From positions 192,001 through 256,000 of the forward strand of contig JBKBYA010000003.1 in assembly GCA_046313635.1 (NCBI GenBank): DNA of 64,000 bases, given 5' to 3'. Position 1 is the first letter of the stretch, and each line of letters starts with the position of its first letter. This DNA is from Pyrinomonadaceae bacterium (lineage in GTDB: Bacteria > Acidobacteriota > Blastocatellia > Pyrinomonadales > Pyrinomonadaceae). Of the stretch, positions 28,884 to 38,769 are shown piece by piece. The notes below the pieces were generated by a model that made no database searches, had not been told where the DNA came from, and saw only the letters and a list, made by a program, of their open reading frames with translations. A program made the translations under genes and the position numbers.

Positions 28884-29013
28884 CCCCGGTTCCTTATCCG
28901 TTCCGTCTGCTACCCCGTTACTTCTGCTGACCCCTTTACTTACGCAGCATTACCGAGCAATGAATGAGCAGCTTCCGGGCCGACTCAGGTAGACCTGATC
29001 CGCTCGGCGTCCT

Positions 29014-30819
29014 TTACGGCGTCTTGAGGAGCTGCTGCTTGCCGGCGATGGCCTGAGCGTATGCGCCGCCGGGGACGTCGGCTAGTTGGATCGCTTTGTC
29101 GTAGAGCTGCATCGCCATCGCGCGATCGTTGTAGAACTCGTAGATGCGGGCGAGTGCGACGTAGGTCAGCGAGATGAGTGCCTTGTCGGTCGACGGAGCG
29201 GCGGTCTTGAGGACCATCGAATAGGCGTTCTTTGCCTCGACGAGATAGCCGGCCTGCTCTTCGGCATCGTCGGTCGCGCCGGCGGAGAGCGTGGCGACGC
29301 GGCCGATGTTGTAGTAGATGCGGGCGTCGCCGGGATTTGAGCCGAGCAGGTCCTTGAGGTCTTTGCGGGCCTGGGCGTAGCTCTTGGCCTCGATCGTCTT
29401 TTGGATCTCGAGCAGGCGGGAAGTGACGGGATTTTCGATCACGGCCGTCTCTGCTTGCGCTCCGGCGGCGGCGATCCGCTTGCGGCGCTCTTCGCGTGCG
29501 GCGAGACCGCGCTTTCGGGCGTCGGCAAATTCGGCGAGGCGATCGGTTTCTTTCGCCGCGTCCAGTGACAGCACCATCTCGCGCATCGAGGCCGCGATGT
29601 CGAAGCCCGAATCCTCAAGCCCGCGGAGCTGCCGGGCAAAATAAAATGCGAGCACCGCGCCCTTCTCGTAATCTTCCGAAAGGTGGAGCGCGGTCTCGTC
29701 GGCGAGCGTCTGCTTGAGCTTTTCGAGCTCGGCCGTGACGGCGCGTTTCTCAGCGTCGGTCTTGAGGGTCGCGATCTTTTGCCGCGCGGCGGCGGTCGCA
29801 GCCTGTATCTGCGAATATTCGGATTGACGGGCGTCGACGGCTGCGACGAGCGAGCGCGACACCGCAAGATAAACGTCCGTCGAAACGCTCGCTCCCGCCT
29901 TGCGGCGTTCGTCGAGGAGCTGTCTGATCCCGGCCGAGACCGACGCGATCTCCTTTGCGTTTGAAAAGACCACCGCATCCGCGACGTACTGCAAAAACGC
30001 GCGGCGGGCCTCAGAGATGCTGAGGTCGGTGCCCGGCGGCACGATCACATAATAGTCGTCGCGAATATTCAGGAAAGTCGTATTCCCGGCAGGCATCAGC
30101 ATCTCGGGCACGATGAAGAAGCGCCGCTCGTGCTCGCGGGTCTCCGTCTTGTTGAGCACGGTGCGCTTCGAGCGCTGCGTCTCGACCTTGACGCGCTCGG
30201 TATAGATCGTCTGCGGCCGCGTGTGAAGGTAGCCGAGCAGCTCGGTGACCATCTCGCGGGCCGAGCCGCGCAGTGATGCGTCGGCCGTCTTCAAGTACTC
30301 CGCCGCGTAGCCGTCGATCTTTGCCCCGATGCCCGTGCGGCGATAGAACTCGCGAACTAGCGGCGCAAAATCCAGCACGTCGAGCAGCTCGCCCGGCAGA
30401 TCTGAAGTCACGACCGGATCGGCCAACTCCGGTGCCGGCGACAGCGAATATGCCATCGAGACGAAGGGAGCGATCGTCTCCGCGTCGCTCAGGCCGGGTC
30501 GCCGCTTGCGGTACTGCGCGACGAATGTCGAGATCTTTTGCCGCAGGTCGTCGGGCACGGTCAACTCGCTCTCGAGCCGCCGGCGAAACGCTTCGCCCGC
30601 GGGCGTGAGCGCCGCCTTGAAGGCGCGTTCGCCCTTCGCCGCATCGCCGGGCACGAGGGCCGCGTCGAGCGTCGCGAGCACGACGATCAGGCGTTTGTCC
30701 GGCTCGATCCTGACGCCGTAATTCGAGAGGTCGAGCACCGTCGAGGCCGGCGTGCCCTGCGCGCTCGCCGAGCCGGCCATACAAAGACAAGCAATGAACA
30801 GAAAAAGGACTCTTTTCAT
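29014..30819 (-). CDS. Exported protein with C-terminal TPR repeats
   Basis: Signal peptide MKRVLFLFIACLCMAGSASAQ; helical C-terminus with IYYNIGRV and YVALARIYEF. Confidence 0.75.
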   Translation of the reverse strand: MKRVLFLFIACLCMAGSASAQGTPASTVLDLSNYGVRIEPDKRLIVVLATLDAALVPGDAAKGERAFKAALTPAGEAFRRRLESELTVPDDLRQKISTFVAQYRKRRPGLSDAETIAPFVSMAYSLSPAPELADPVVTSDLPGELLDVLDFAPLVREFYRRTGIGAKIDGYAAEYLKTADASLRGSAREMVTELLGYLHTRPQTIYTERVKVETQRSKRTVLNKTETREHERRFFIVPEMLMPAGNTTFLNIRDDYYVIVPPGTDLSISEARRAFLQYVADAVVFSNAKEIASVSAGIRQLLDERRKAGASVSTDVYLAVSRSLVAAVDARQSEYSQIQAATAAARQKIATLKTDAEKRAVTAELEKLKQTLADETALHLSEDYEKGAVLAFYFARQLRGLEDSGFDIAASMREMVLSLDAAKETDRLAEFADARKRGLAAREERRKRIAAAGAQAETAVIENPVTSRLLEIQKTIEAKSYAQARKDLKDLLGSNPGDARIYYNIGRVATLSAGATDDAEEQAGYLVEAKNAYSMVLKTAAPSTDKALISLTYVALARIYEFYNDRAMAMQLYDKAIQLADVPGGAYAQAIAGKQQLLKTP

Positions 30820-30974
30820 CCGAAGTACTGATGCCGAGAGGCTTTGAGACAATCCAGTGATGAAGCGGCCGACGCCGGGGATGCACGAGAACAATAAAAA
30901 TAAAGGATAAAGGACCGAGCAGGCCGATCCTTTATCCCCTGAATCCGAACATTCGCCGCCGCCGGCGTGACGGG

Positions 30975-31322
30975 TTAGCTAAAGCTCTTGAGAGCGTCGG
31001 CCTCTTCGTCGTAAACGTCAAAGACGGTAAGAAGCTTTGTGATCGCGAGCAGGTCCTGGATCTTTTGCGTAAGCTTCAGGAGCTTGAGCGTGCCGCCCTC
31101 TTTGTTGACGGCCGTAAAGCTCGAGACGAGCTCGCCGATGCCGCTCGAATCGATGTATCCGACGCCGGCCAGATTGAGCAGGATCTTGTTCTTGCCTTCG
31201 CCGAGAAGTCGACGGATCGCGTTGCGCAGCGCCACGCTGCCTTCGCCGATCGTGACTTTGCCTTCGAGATCAAGGATCGTTACGTCGCCTGCCTGGCGCT
31301 CGGAAATGTTGATATCAGCCAT
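30975..31322 (-). CDS. STAS-domain anti-anti-sigma factor (RsbV/SpoIIAA family)
   Basis: [11 protein letters not shown] phosphorylation motif. Confidence 0.93.
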   Translation of the reverse strand: MADINISERQAGDVTILDLEGKVTIGEGSVALRNAIRRLLGEGKNKILLNLAGVGYIDSSGIGELVSSFTAVNKEGGTLKLLKLTQKIQDLLAITKLLTVFDVYDEEADALKSFS

Positions 31323-31402
31323 TTTGTCTCCTCTTTTACTAAATGAATTGAAAGCCGATTTTAGACCACAACCTCTGAATGTCCAAACTTCGCCGTCTAG
31401 TC

Positions 31403-31813
31403 TCAGCGGCGCTTTAACATCCGCACCGTGACGCCGCCGTCGGCGTTGTTTGACCAGCCGATCTCGTCCATAAAGGACCGCATAAAGAGAATGCCGCGGC
31501 CGGTATTCTTGAGCAGATTTGCCGGGTCTGTCGGGTCAGGAACCTCATCGACGGCAAAGCCCTCGCCGTGGTCGCGCACCGAAACTTCAAACCCCTCGGC
31601 CGTATCTGCGAACGTGATCTCGACGCGCTTGGTCTCGGCAAACTTGTTGCCGTGCTTGACCGCATTCGCGACCGACTCGCGCACGGCGAGGTCGATCGCT
31701 GAAAGATATTCGTCGCCGTAGCTCCACTCGCGGGCGATGCGTTCAGCCTCGGCGGCAGCGTCCTCGACAGACTCTATCCTGCTCGGGAGCGAAAGTTCTT
31801 TTATCCTGGACAC
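31403..31813 (-). CDS. Anti-sigma Ser/Thr kinase (RsbW/SpoIIAB family)
   Basis: [32 protein letters not shown] start. Confidence 0.92.
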   Translation of the reverse strand: MSRIKELSLPSRIESVEDAAAEAERIAREWSYGDEYLSAIDLAVRESVANAVKHGNKFAETKRVEITFADTAEGFEVSVRDHGEGFAVDEVPDPTDPANLLKNTGRGILFMRSFMDEIGWSNNADGGVTVRMLKRR

Positions 31814-31890
31814 GGTTGATTCTCTGTAAATTATAGAGTCACGCGAGTTGCTGTCAAGACAAAGGCGCGACGGCGGTTTAGAATATCAGC

Positions 31891-33201
31891 GTGAGAGTCA
31901 GACCGGCCAAAAGTCTGCGGGGCGAGGTCGCCGTCCCGGGCGACAAATCCGTCTCGCACCGCGCGGCGATGTTTTCGGCGATCGCCGAGGGCGAGACGGT
32001 GATATCCAATTTTTCGGCAAGCGAAGACTGCTCTTCGACGCTCGCGTGTCTTGCCGAGCTCGGCGTCGAGATAGAGAGGGAAGGTCCGACCGTACGGGTC
32101 CGCGGCCGCGGGCTGCGCGGTCTGCGGCAGCCTGCGAAGGCGCTCGACTGCGGCAACAGCGGCACGACGATGCGCCTCTTGTCAGGCATACTCGCCGGGC
32201 AGACGCTGACGGCCGAGCTTGTCGGCGACCGCTCGCTCAGCTCGCGGCCGATGCGCCGCGTCATCGAACCGCTCAAGGCGATGGGCGCGGAGATCACGTC
32301 CGCGGACGGCCACGCGCCTCTCAAGATCGAAGGCCGCGACCTCTCGGGCATCGACTACCGGTTGCCTGTCGCGTCGGCGCAGATCAAGTCGTGCGTGCTG
32401 CTCGCCGGCCTGAATGCGAGCGGCCGGACGACGGTCGTCGAGCCGGTCGCGACGCGCGATCACACCGAGCGAATGCTCGCGTGGCTGGGAGCAGACATTT
32501 CGACCGTATCGGTCGGCTCAGGCGAGCGGAGCGTGACGGTGCGCGGCGGGCAGACGCTCACCGCCCGCGACATCGCCGTGCCGGGCGACATTTCGGCGGC
32601 GGCCTTTTTTGCCGTCGCGGCCGCGGCGCTCGAGGGCTCAGAGATCGTGATACCCGGCGTCGGCATCAACGAGACGCGTACGGGCGTGCTGACCGCGCTG
32701 CGCTCGATCGGCGTGAATCTTGAGATAGCGAACGCGCGCCAAGTTTCAAATGAGCCGGTGGGCGACCTCGTCGTCCGCGGCGGCATCGCGGCGAGCGTGG
32801 AACTTGACGGGCCCGTAAAGATCGACGGCGCGATCGTCGCCAATCTCATCGACGAGGTGCCGATCATCGCGGTGCTCGGTACGCAGCTTCCGAGCGGGCT
32901 CGAGATCCGCGACGCCGCCGAGCTGCGAGTAAAAGAGAGCGACCGCATCGCGACCGTCGTCCAAAACCTGCGGCGAATGGGCGCGTCGGTCGAGGAGTTT
33001 CACGACGGTCTGCGTGTCGAGCGCTCGACGCTCCACGCGGCCGAGATCGAGTCGTACGGCGATCACCGCATCGCGATGGCGTTCGCGGTCGCAGCGCTGC
33101 TTGCGAGCGACGGCGAGACCGCGATCAACGGCGCCGAGGCCGTCGACGTATCGTTCCCCGGCTTTTTTGAAATGCTCGCCTCGGTTACGCTAGCGCGATG
33201 A
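31891..33201 (+). CDS. aroA: 3-phosphoshikimate 1-carboxyvinyltransferase
   Basis: PGDKSVSHRA, GNSGTTMRL, SAQIKS, RDHTE, LRVKESDRI, DHRIAM. Confidence 0.97.
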   Translation: MRVRPAKSLRGEVAVPGDKSVSHRAAMFSAIAEGETVISNFSASEDCSSTLACLAELGVEIEREGPTVRVRGRGLRGLRQPAKALDCGNSGTTMRLLSGILAGQTLTAELVGDRSLSSRPMRRVIEPLKAMGAEITSADGHAPLKIEGRDLSGIDYRLPVASAQIKSCVLLAGLNASGRTTVVEPVATRDHTERMLAWLGADISTVSVGSGERSVTVRGGQTLTARDIAVPGDISAAAFFAVAAAALEGSEIVIPGVGINETRTGVLTALRSIGVNLEIANARQVSNEPVGDLVVRGGIAASVELDGPVKIDGAIVANLIDEVPIIAVLGTQLPSGLEIRDAAELRVKESDRIATVVQNLRRMGASVEEFHDGLRVERSTLHAAEIESYGDHRIAMAFAVAALLASDGETAINGAEAVDVSFPGFFEMLASVTLAR

Positions 33202-33716
33202 ACGACAACGGCAATCTGCGGATCGCTCTGACCGGCTTTATGGGCGTCGGCAAATCGAGCGTCGCACGCCATCTGTCGCACCTACTCCGCTGCCGGCGGC
33301 TCGATCTCGACCTGCTGATCGAGGAGCGCGCGGGCCGCACGATCGCCGAGCTGATCGACTCGATCGGCATCGACGAATTTCGCCTTGTCGAGTCAGAAGT
33401 GCTCGCCGGCGTGGTCGCCGAGCCGGGGCCATGCATCCTCTCGCTCGGCGGCGGCACGTGGACCGTCGAGGCCAATCGTCTCGCGATCAGATCCGCGGGT
33501 TATCGGTCGATCTGGCTCGAGTCGTCATTCGAGCACTGCTGGTACAACATCCGCTCCTCGCGCAAAGAGCGCCCGCTCGCCCGCAGCAAGCACGACGCCC
33601 GACGGCTCTTTGACGAGCGGCAGCGGGTCTACTGCCTCGCCGATTCGCACTTTATCGTGCGGCCGGAATTCACGTCGTTCGAGATCGCGCGCCAGATCGT
33701 CGAGGAACTTGGCTAG
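33198..33716 (+). CDS. aroK: Shikimate kinase
   Basis: GFMGVGKSS P-loop, DLD, FR..E, LGGG, RPL. Confidence 0.92.
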   Translation: MNDNGNLRIALTGFMGVGKSSVARHLSHLLRCRRLDLDLLIEERAGRTIAELIDSIGIDEFRLVESEVLAGVVAEPGPCILSLGGGTWTVEANRLAIRSAGYRSIWLESSFEHCWYNIRSSRKERPLARSKHDARRLFDERQRVYCLADSHFIVRPEFTSFEIARQIVEELG

Positions 33717-33880
33717 CGACGCGGCCGGAAAATACCTTGAATTTGATTTGCCTGCTGTATCAAGATTGAAGCTATCGGCCATAACGAACGAAATTCGTCG
33801 ATCCGCAAGCCGGACTCGTGCGGCCGAAAGTCGTCGGCGACTGTCGCCGGCCTGAATTATTCGAATCGAACTGGAGGAAT

Positions 33881-34372
33881 ATGAAGCTCAGGATTCTTAC
33901 GATCATTTCTCTGGCGTGCATGCTGCTCGCAGCCGCCGCGTGTGGAAAGAAGGACGCCGACATTCAAAAGGCCGTTCAGGACAAGCTAGCCGCCGTGGGC
34001 GTCACCGGCGTAGCGGCGACGGTCAAGGACGGCACGGCGACGCTCACCGGCGAGGTCGCCGACGTGACCGTCAAGAAAAAGGCCGAGGACGCCGCCAAGT
34101 CGGTCGACGGCGTCAAGTCGGTCGACAGCAAGCTGACGACAAGGCCGCTGCCCGTCGCCACGCCTGCGGCAAATGACCAGGCGTTGACCGGCAAGATAAA
34201 CGAAGACCTGAAAAAGGCCGGCTGCGACGGCGCTACAGCGACCGTGGTCGGCGGCCGCGTCACCGTCGCCGGTGCCGTGCCCGAGTCGAAGTACGTGACC
34301 TGCATCCAGGTCATCAACCAGTCGGGCATCACCGGCATCGACAACCAGCTCAAGAAGGGGCCGGTCAAGTAA
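33881..34372 (+). CDS. BON-domain lipoprotein
   Basis: GGAGG RBS, lipobox AAAC, V+DG.ATLTG..AKSVDGVKSVDSKL. Confidence 0.88.
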   Translation: MKLRILTIISLACMLLAAAACGKKDADIQKAVQDKLAAVGVTGVAATVKDGTATLTGEVADVTVKKKAEDAAKSVDGVKSVDSKLTTRPLPVATPAANDQALTGKINEDLKKAGCDGATATVVGGRVTVAGAVPESKYVTCIQVINQSGITGIDNQLKKGPVK

Positions 34373-34387
34373 GGAGGTAAGAGACAA

Positions 34388-34765
34388 ATGTCACAAGAGA
34401 AATACCAGTCGCTCCTCGAGCTTGCCAACCAGAACGGCACGACCTACGAGCTGAGCCAGGGCGACGGCGGCACGCTCATCGTTACCGGCACCGCGCCGAG
34501 CGAGGAGGCAAAGCAGCAGCTCTGGGACGAGTACAACCGCATCGATCCCGACTTTCGCTCGGGCGATCTCATTCTGAATATCTCGGTCGGCAGCGCCGCG
34601 GGCGGCGGCGGCCCGCACACGTACACCGTCGAGCCGGGCGACAACCTGACCAGGATCGGCAGCAAGTACGGCCTGCCGTGGAAAGCCATCTACGATGCCA
34701 ACCGCGACATTCTCAAAGACCCGGACAAGATCTACCCGGGCCAGGAGCTGAAGATACCCATTTAA
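34388..34765 (+). CDS. LysM-domain protein
   Basis: YTVEPGDNLTRI...IYDANRDILKDPDKIYPGQELKIP. Confidence 0.92.
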   Translation: MSQEKYQSLLELANQNGTTYELSQGDGGTLIVTGTAPSEEAKQQLWDEYNRIDPDFRSGDLILNISVGSAAGGGGPHTYTVEPGDNLTRIGSKYGLPWKAIYDANRDILKDPDKIYPGQELKIPI

Positions 34766-34771
34766 CGCAAA

Positions 34772-34944
34772 CGGAACGCGGACGCCCCCGTCCGCATGAG
34801 CGTCGGCCGGAACGCGGACGCCCCCGTCCGCATGAGTGCGAAGCACGAAGAAAAAACGCCGGAGAATCGAGTAGATCGTTCTCCGGCGTTTTTTCTTCGC
34901 GTCCGAAGACGAACGCTCATGCGGACGGGGGCGCCCGCGGTCCG
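34772..34944. repeat. REP/BIME-like cluster (second family)
   Basis: Two direct copies of CGGAACGCGGACGCCCCCGTCCGCATGAG (34772, 34808), central 20-bp hairpin (34846-34899), inverted copy (34914-34944). Confidence 0.88.
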
Positions 34945-34982
34945 TCGACTTCGCAATTGTGAATTGCTAAATTCTCACTTGA

Positions 34983-36623
34983 ATGGCGCTCCAGACTGAT
35001 TTTGTCGTGATCGGCAGCGGCGTCGCGGGCCTGCGGGCCGCGATCGAGCTCGCGGCGTCTGGTGCCGAGGTCACAGTTCTTACCAAGGACAAAGCCAGCG
35101 AATCGAATACCGAATACGCTCAGGGCGGCGTCGCCGTCGTGCTCGCCGAGGACGACGAAGCGACGCTGCACGAAGAAGACACGCTCGCTGCCGGCGCCGG
35201 TCTGTGCGACGAGGCCGCCGTCGAGGTGCTCGTCAAAGAAGGCACGCGATACATCAAGCAGCTGATCGATTGGGGCGCGGAATTCGATCGCGAGGGCGGC
35301 AAGCTGATCTTTACCCGAGAGGCCGCGCACTCCCGGCGGCGGATACTGCACTCGCACGGCGACTCGACGGGAGCGGAATTTGTCCGTTCGCTGATCGCAC
35401 GCGCGCGACAAGAGACGCGTATCAATCTCATCCCATTTGCCGTCACAGAGGGACTGATCGTCCGCGACGGCCGCTGCATCGGAGTTCGCTATCTCGACCC
35501 GATCCTCCGCACGCCGCGCGAGGTGATCGCCCGGGCCGTCATTCTGTGCACGGGCGGCGCGGGGCAGCTCTTTTTGCACACGACAAATCCGCCGGTCGCG
35601 ACGGGCGACGGAATGGCGATGGCGTACTTTGCCGGAGCCGAGATGGCGGACATGGAGTTTGTCCAGTTTCATCCGACGGCGCTCAATCTCGAGAATGCGC
35701 CGCGCTTTTTGCTCAGCGAGGCGATGCGCGGCGAGGGCGGGATATTGCGAAACAAATTCGGCGAGCGTTTTATGCCGCGCTACGACGAGCGCGCCGAGCT
35801 CGCGCCGCGCGACATCGTCGCCCGCTCGATCGTCGCCGAGATGCGGCGCACCGGCACGCGGTCGGTCTATCTCGATATGAGCGCGCTCGACGCTGCATAT
35901 CTCAAGCATCGCTTTCCAAAGATCTACGACACCTGCGCGGCGTACGGGCTTGATATCGCAAAAGACATGCTGCCCGTCTCGCCCGCGTCGCACTACTCGA
36001 TGGGCGGCGTGCGGACCGATCTCTGGGGCCGCACGACCGTGCCCGGCCTCTACGCGGCCGGCGAGGTCACGTGCACCGGCGTCCACGGCGCAAATCGCCT
36101 CGCGTCAAACTCGCTGCTCGAGGGCCTCGTCTTCGGCGCAAGAGCGGGCGAGGCGGCGGCGGCGGAGAATTCCAAATTCCAAATTCCAAATTCCAAATTC
36201 GAAGATCCAAGTTCGGGAGCCGCAGTGCTCGGCCGCGACAGCACGCAAGATCTGGGATCTGGAATTTGGAATTTGGAATCCGGAATTTCCACGGCGGTTC
36301 GCAAGCGCGTAAAGCGCATCATGTGGGAGCGCGTCGGCATCATCCGCGACCGCTCGTCGCTCGAGCGTGCGCTGCGCGAGCTGCGGCAGATCTCTGCGGC
36401 TCGGCTCAGTCCGTCGTCGCGAAACTTCGTCGCGCTCGCGACGCTGATCGCGACCGCCGCGCTATGGCGCGAGGAGTCTCGCGGGGGACATTACCGCACT
36501 GACTTTCCCGAGCAGCGCGACGAGTGGCGTGTGCATTCGATCCAGAAGCTCGGCGGCGGCGTCGCGGCGAGCGACACGATCAACTTCGACCCGCCGTCCC
36601 ACAGCGGCTCGGCGACGCGTTAG
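34983..36623 (+). CDS. nadB: L-aspartate oxidase
   Basis: IGSGVAGL, YAQGG, FVQFHPT, LLSEAMRGEG, ELAPRDIVAR, HGANRLASNSLLEGLVFG, ESRGGHYRTDFP. Confidence 0.95.
   Translation: MALQTDFVVIGSGVAGLRAAIELAASGAEVTVLTKDKASESNTEYAQGGVAVVLAEDDEATLHEEDTLAAGAGLCDEAAVEVLVKEGTRYIKQLIDWGAEFDREGGKLIFTREAAHSRRRILHSHGDSTGAEFVRSLIARARQETRINLIPFAVTEGLIVRDGRCIGVRYLDPILRTPREVIARAVILCTGGAGQLFLHTTNPPVATGDGMAMAYFAGAEMADMEFVQFHPTALNLENAPRFLLSEAMRGEGGILRNKFGERFMPRYDERAELAPRDIVARSIVAEMRRTGTRSVYLDMSALDAAYLKHRFPKIYDTCAAYGLDIAKDMLPVSPASHYSMGGVRTDLWGRTTVPGLYAAGEVTCTGVHGANRLASNSLLEGLVFGARAGEAAAAENSKFQIPNSKFEDPSSGAAVLGRDSTQDLGSGIWNLESGISTAVRKRVKRIMWERVGIIRDRSSLERALRELRQISAARLSPSSRNFVALATLIATAALWREESRGGHYRTDFPEQRDEWRVHSIQKLGGGVAASDTINFDPPSHSGSATR
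36167..36290. repeat. In-frame inverted heptamer repeat inside nadB
   Basis: (AAATTCC)n left arm and (GGAATTT/GGATCT)n right arm. Confidence 0.9.
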
Positions 36624-36719
36624 CAGATCGGCCGCCGCTTTATCGCGCGGCGGCAGTTGTGCTAATTATGATTCGCCGTTCAAGACTATCCGTTAGAACC
36701 GATCCGATCCCGTGAGCCT

Positions 36720-38318
36720 ATGGACTACACCGCAACGACCCTTAATCTCGCATCGATGATCGTTCATCACGCCCGGCAGACGCCCGACAAGGAGGCGTTT
36801 GTCTGCGGCGACGCGCGAATGACGTACGGCCGGCTCGACGCGCTCTCCAACAAGGTCGCCAACGCACTCGTCGAGATGGGCATCGGCCCCGGCGACAAGG
36901 TCGCGCTGAGCTGCCCTAACATCCAGTACTTTCCGATCGTCTACTACGGCATTATGAAGGCCGGCGCCGTCGTCGTGCCGCTCAACGTTCTCTTTAAGCC
37001 GCGCGAGATCGAATATCATCTGCGGGACTCTGACGCAAAGGCCGTATTCGTCTTTGAAGGCACCGACGAGCTGCCGCTCGCCGCGTGGGTCAAGGAGGCG
37101 TTTGACCGTGTCGAGGGCTGCACCGACCTGATCGTGATGACGCGCGACCCGGCGGCGGCGAGCCCGTTTCACGAGCATCACACCCTGGCCGCCGTCACGA
37201 TCGATCGTCCCGAGACCTTTGATATCTATCCGACAAAGCCCGGCGACACGTGCTCGATCCTCTACACCTCTGGCACGACCGGCCAGCCTAAGGGAGCCGA
37301 GCTGACGCACTTTAATATCTATATGAACTCGGTCGCGACGTACAACATTCATCTGCCGATGATCGACTTCACGCGAGGCGAGCAGCTTACGTGCCTGATC
37401 ACGCTGCCGCTGTTTCACACGACGGGGCAGACCGTGCAGATGAATTCGAATATGTACGCCGGCCACCGCTGCGTGCTGCTGCCGCGATTCGATCCGCAAG
37501 CCGCGCTCGAGGCGATGGTGCGCGAAAAGGTGAACTTCTGGGTAGGCGTTCCGACGATGTATTGGGCGATCCTCAAGTACGTCGACGAGACGAATTTTGA
37601 CGTCGCGCCGGTCGTCGAGCATCTCAAAGTGCCGACATCCGGCGGCGCGCCGATGCCGGTCGAGCTGATCGAGAGGTTTGGCAAGGTCTTTGGACTCCGC
37701 GTGCTCGAGGGCTACGGCCTGACCGAGACGTCGCCGCTCGCGTGCTTTAACCAGTTCGAACGGCCCTCAAAGCCCGGCACCGTCGGCCAGCCGCTGTCCG
37801 GCGTCGAGGTAAAGTGCGTCGACGACGCCGACAACGAGGTCGCCCGCGGCGAGCGCGGCGAGATCGTGATCCGCGGGCACAACGTGATGAAGGGGTATTA
37901 CAAACGGCCCGAAGCGACGGCTGAGGCCTTTCGCGGCGGGTGGTTTCATACAGGCGATATCGGCGTCATCGACGACGAGGGCTACGTCTCGATCGTCGAC
38001 CGCAAAAAGGACATGATCCTGCGCGGCGGCTACAACGTATATCCGCGCGAGCTCGAGGAGGTGATCATCACGCACCCGGCCGTCTCGCTCTGCGCGGTGA
38101 TCGGCGTGCCGGACGAGAAGCTCGGCGAGGAGGTCAAGGCCTTTGTCGTGCTCAAGCAGGGCGCGTCGCTCTCGGGCGACGAATTCATCGAATGGTGCAA
38201 GACGCAGTTTGCCGCAAACAAATATCCGCGATATGTAGAGTTTCGCGACAGCCTGCCGATCGGCGGGACCGGAAAGATATTCAAACGGGCTTTGAAAGAG
38301 GATGCCGCTGCCCGATAG
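36720..38318 (+). CDS. Long-chain fatty acid--CoA ligase
   Basis: YTSGTTGQPKG, EGYGLTETSP, WFHTGDIG, DRKKDMILRGG, GKI. Confidence 0.92.
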   Translation: MDYTATTLNLASMIVHHARQTPDKEAFVCGDARMTYGRLDALSNKVANALVEMGIGPGDKVALSCPNIQYFPIVYYGIMKAGAVVVPLNVLFKPREIEYHLRDSDAKAVFVFEGTDELPLAAWVKEAFDRVEGCTDLIVMTRDPAAASPFHEHHTLAAVTIDRPETFDIYPTKPGDTCSILYTSGTTGQPKGAELTHFNIYMNSVATYNIHLPMIDFTRGEQLTCLITLPLFHTTGQTVQMNSNMYAGHRCVLLPRFDPQAALEAMVREKVNFWVGVPTMYWAILKYVDETNFDVAPVVEHLKVPTSGGAPMPVELIERFGKVFGLRVLEGYGLTETSPLACFNQFERPSKPGTVGQPLSGVEVKCVDDADNEVARGERGEIVIRGHNVMKGYYKRPEATAEAFRGGWFHTGDIGVIDDEGYVSIVDRKKDMILRGGYNVYPRELEEVIITHPAVSLCAVIGVPDEKLGEEVKAFVVLKQGASLSGDEFIEWCKTQFAANKYPRYVEFRDSLPIGGTGKIFKRALKEDAAAR

Positions 38319-38390
38319 ACTGGTCGTAACGGCGCGAGGCCGCATCGATCGCGCGGCCGTCGCCGAATACCTTTTTTGGACGCGTTTTTA

Positions 38391-38747
38391 ATGTATCGAT
38401 TGAAATGTGCCGCAGTGCTGGCCGCCGCCGCGATCTTCACGGCCGTCAGCTGTCAGAGGTCCGGCGCTGCGCGAGTCGCGATCGCCGAGAGCAAAAAGTA
38501 CGAGGCTTCGCTCTATCGCCAGCACTGCGCGATCTGCCACGGGGTCGAGGCAGAGGGAAAGGTCCTGACCGACGGCCGCCGCGTGCCGAGCCTGCGCGAG
38601 GGCGAGTTCAAGGCAAAGAATCAGGCGCAGATCTACAACCAGATCGCCAACGGCGGCAACGGAATGGTCGCCTTTCGCAGTCAGCTCTCGCAGCGCGAGA
38701 TCGAGATGATGACCGCCTTTGTGCTTCACGACCTGCGCGGGCAGTGA
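38391..38747 (+). CDS. Monoheme cytochrome c (probable lipoprotein)
   Basis: CAICH heme motif, distal Met in GNGM, lipobox-like AVSC. Confidence 0.88.
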   Translation: MYRLKCAAVLAAAAIFTAVSCQRSGAARVAIAESKKYEASLYRQHCAICHGVEAEGKVLTDGRRVPSLREGEFKAKNQAQIYNQIANGGNGMVAFRSQLSQREIEMMTAFVLHDLRGQ

Positions 38748-38769
38748 ACGCGCTTTTATCAGGGACGAG

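Noticed and set aside
34772..34944. Mini CRISPR array or riboswitch upstream of nadB
   Set aside because: Only two direct copies about 7 nt apart plus an inverted copy, which fits REP architecture; no riboswitch consensus recognised
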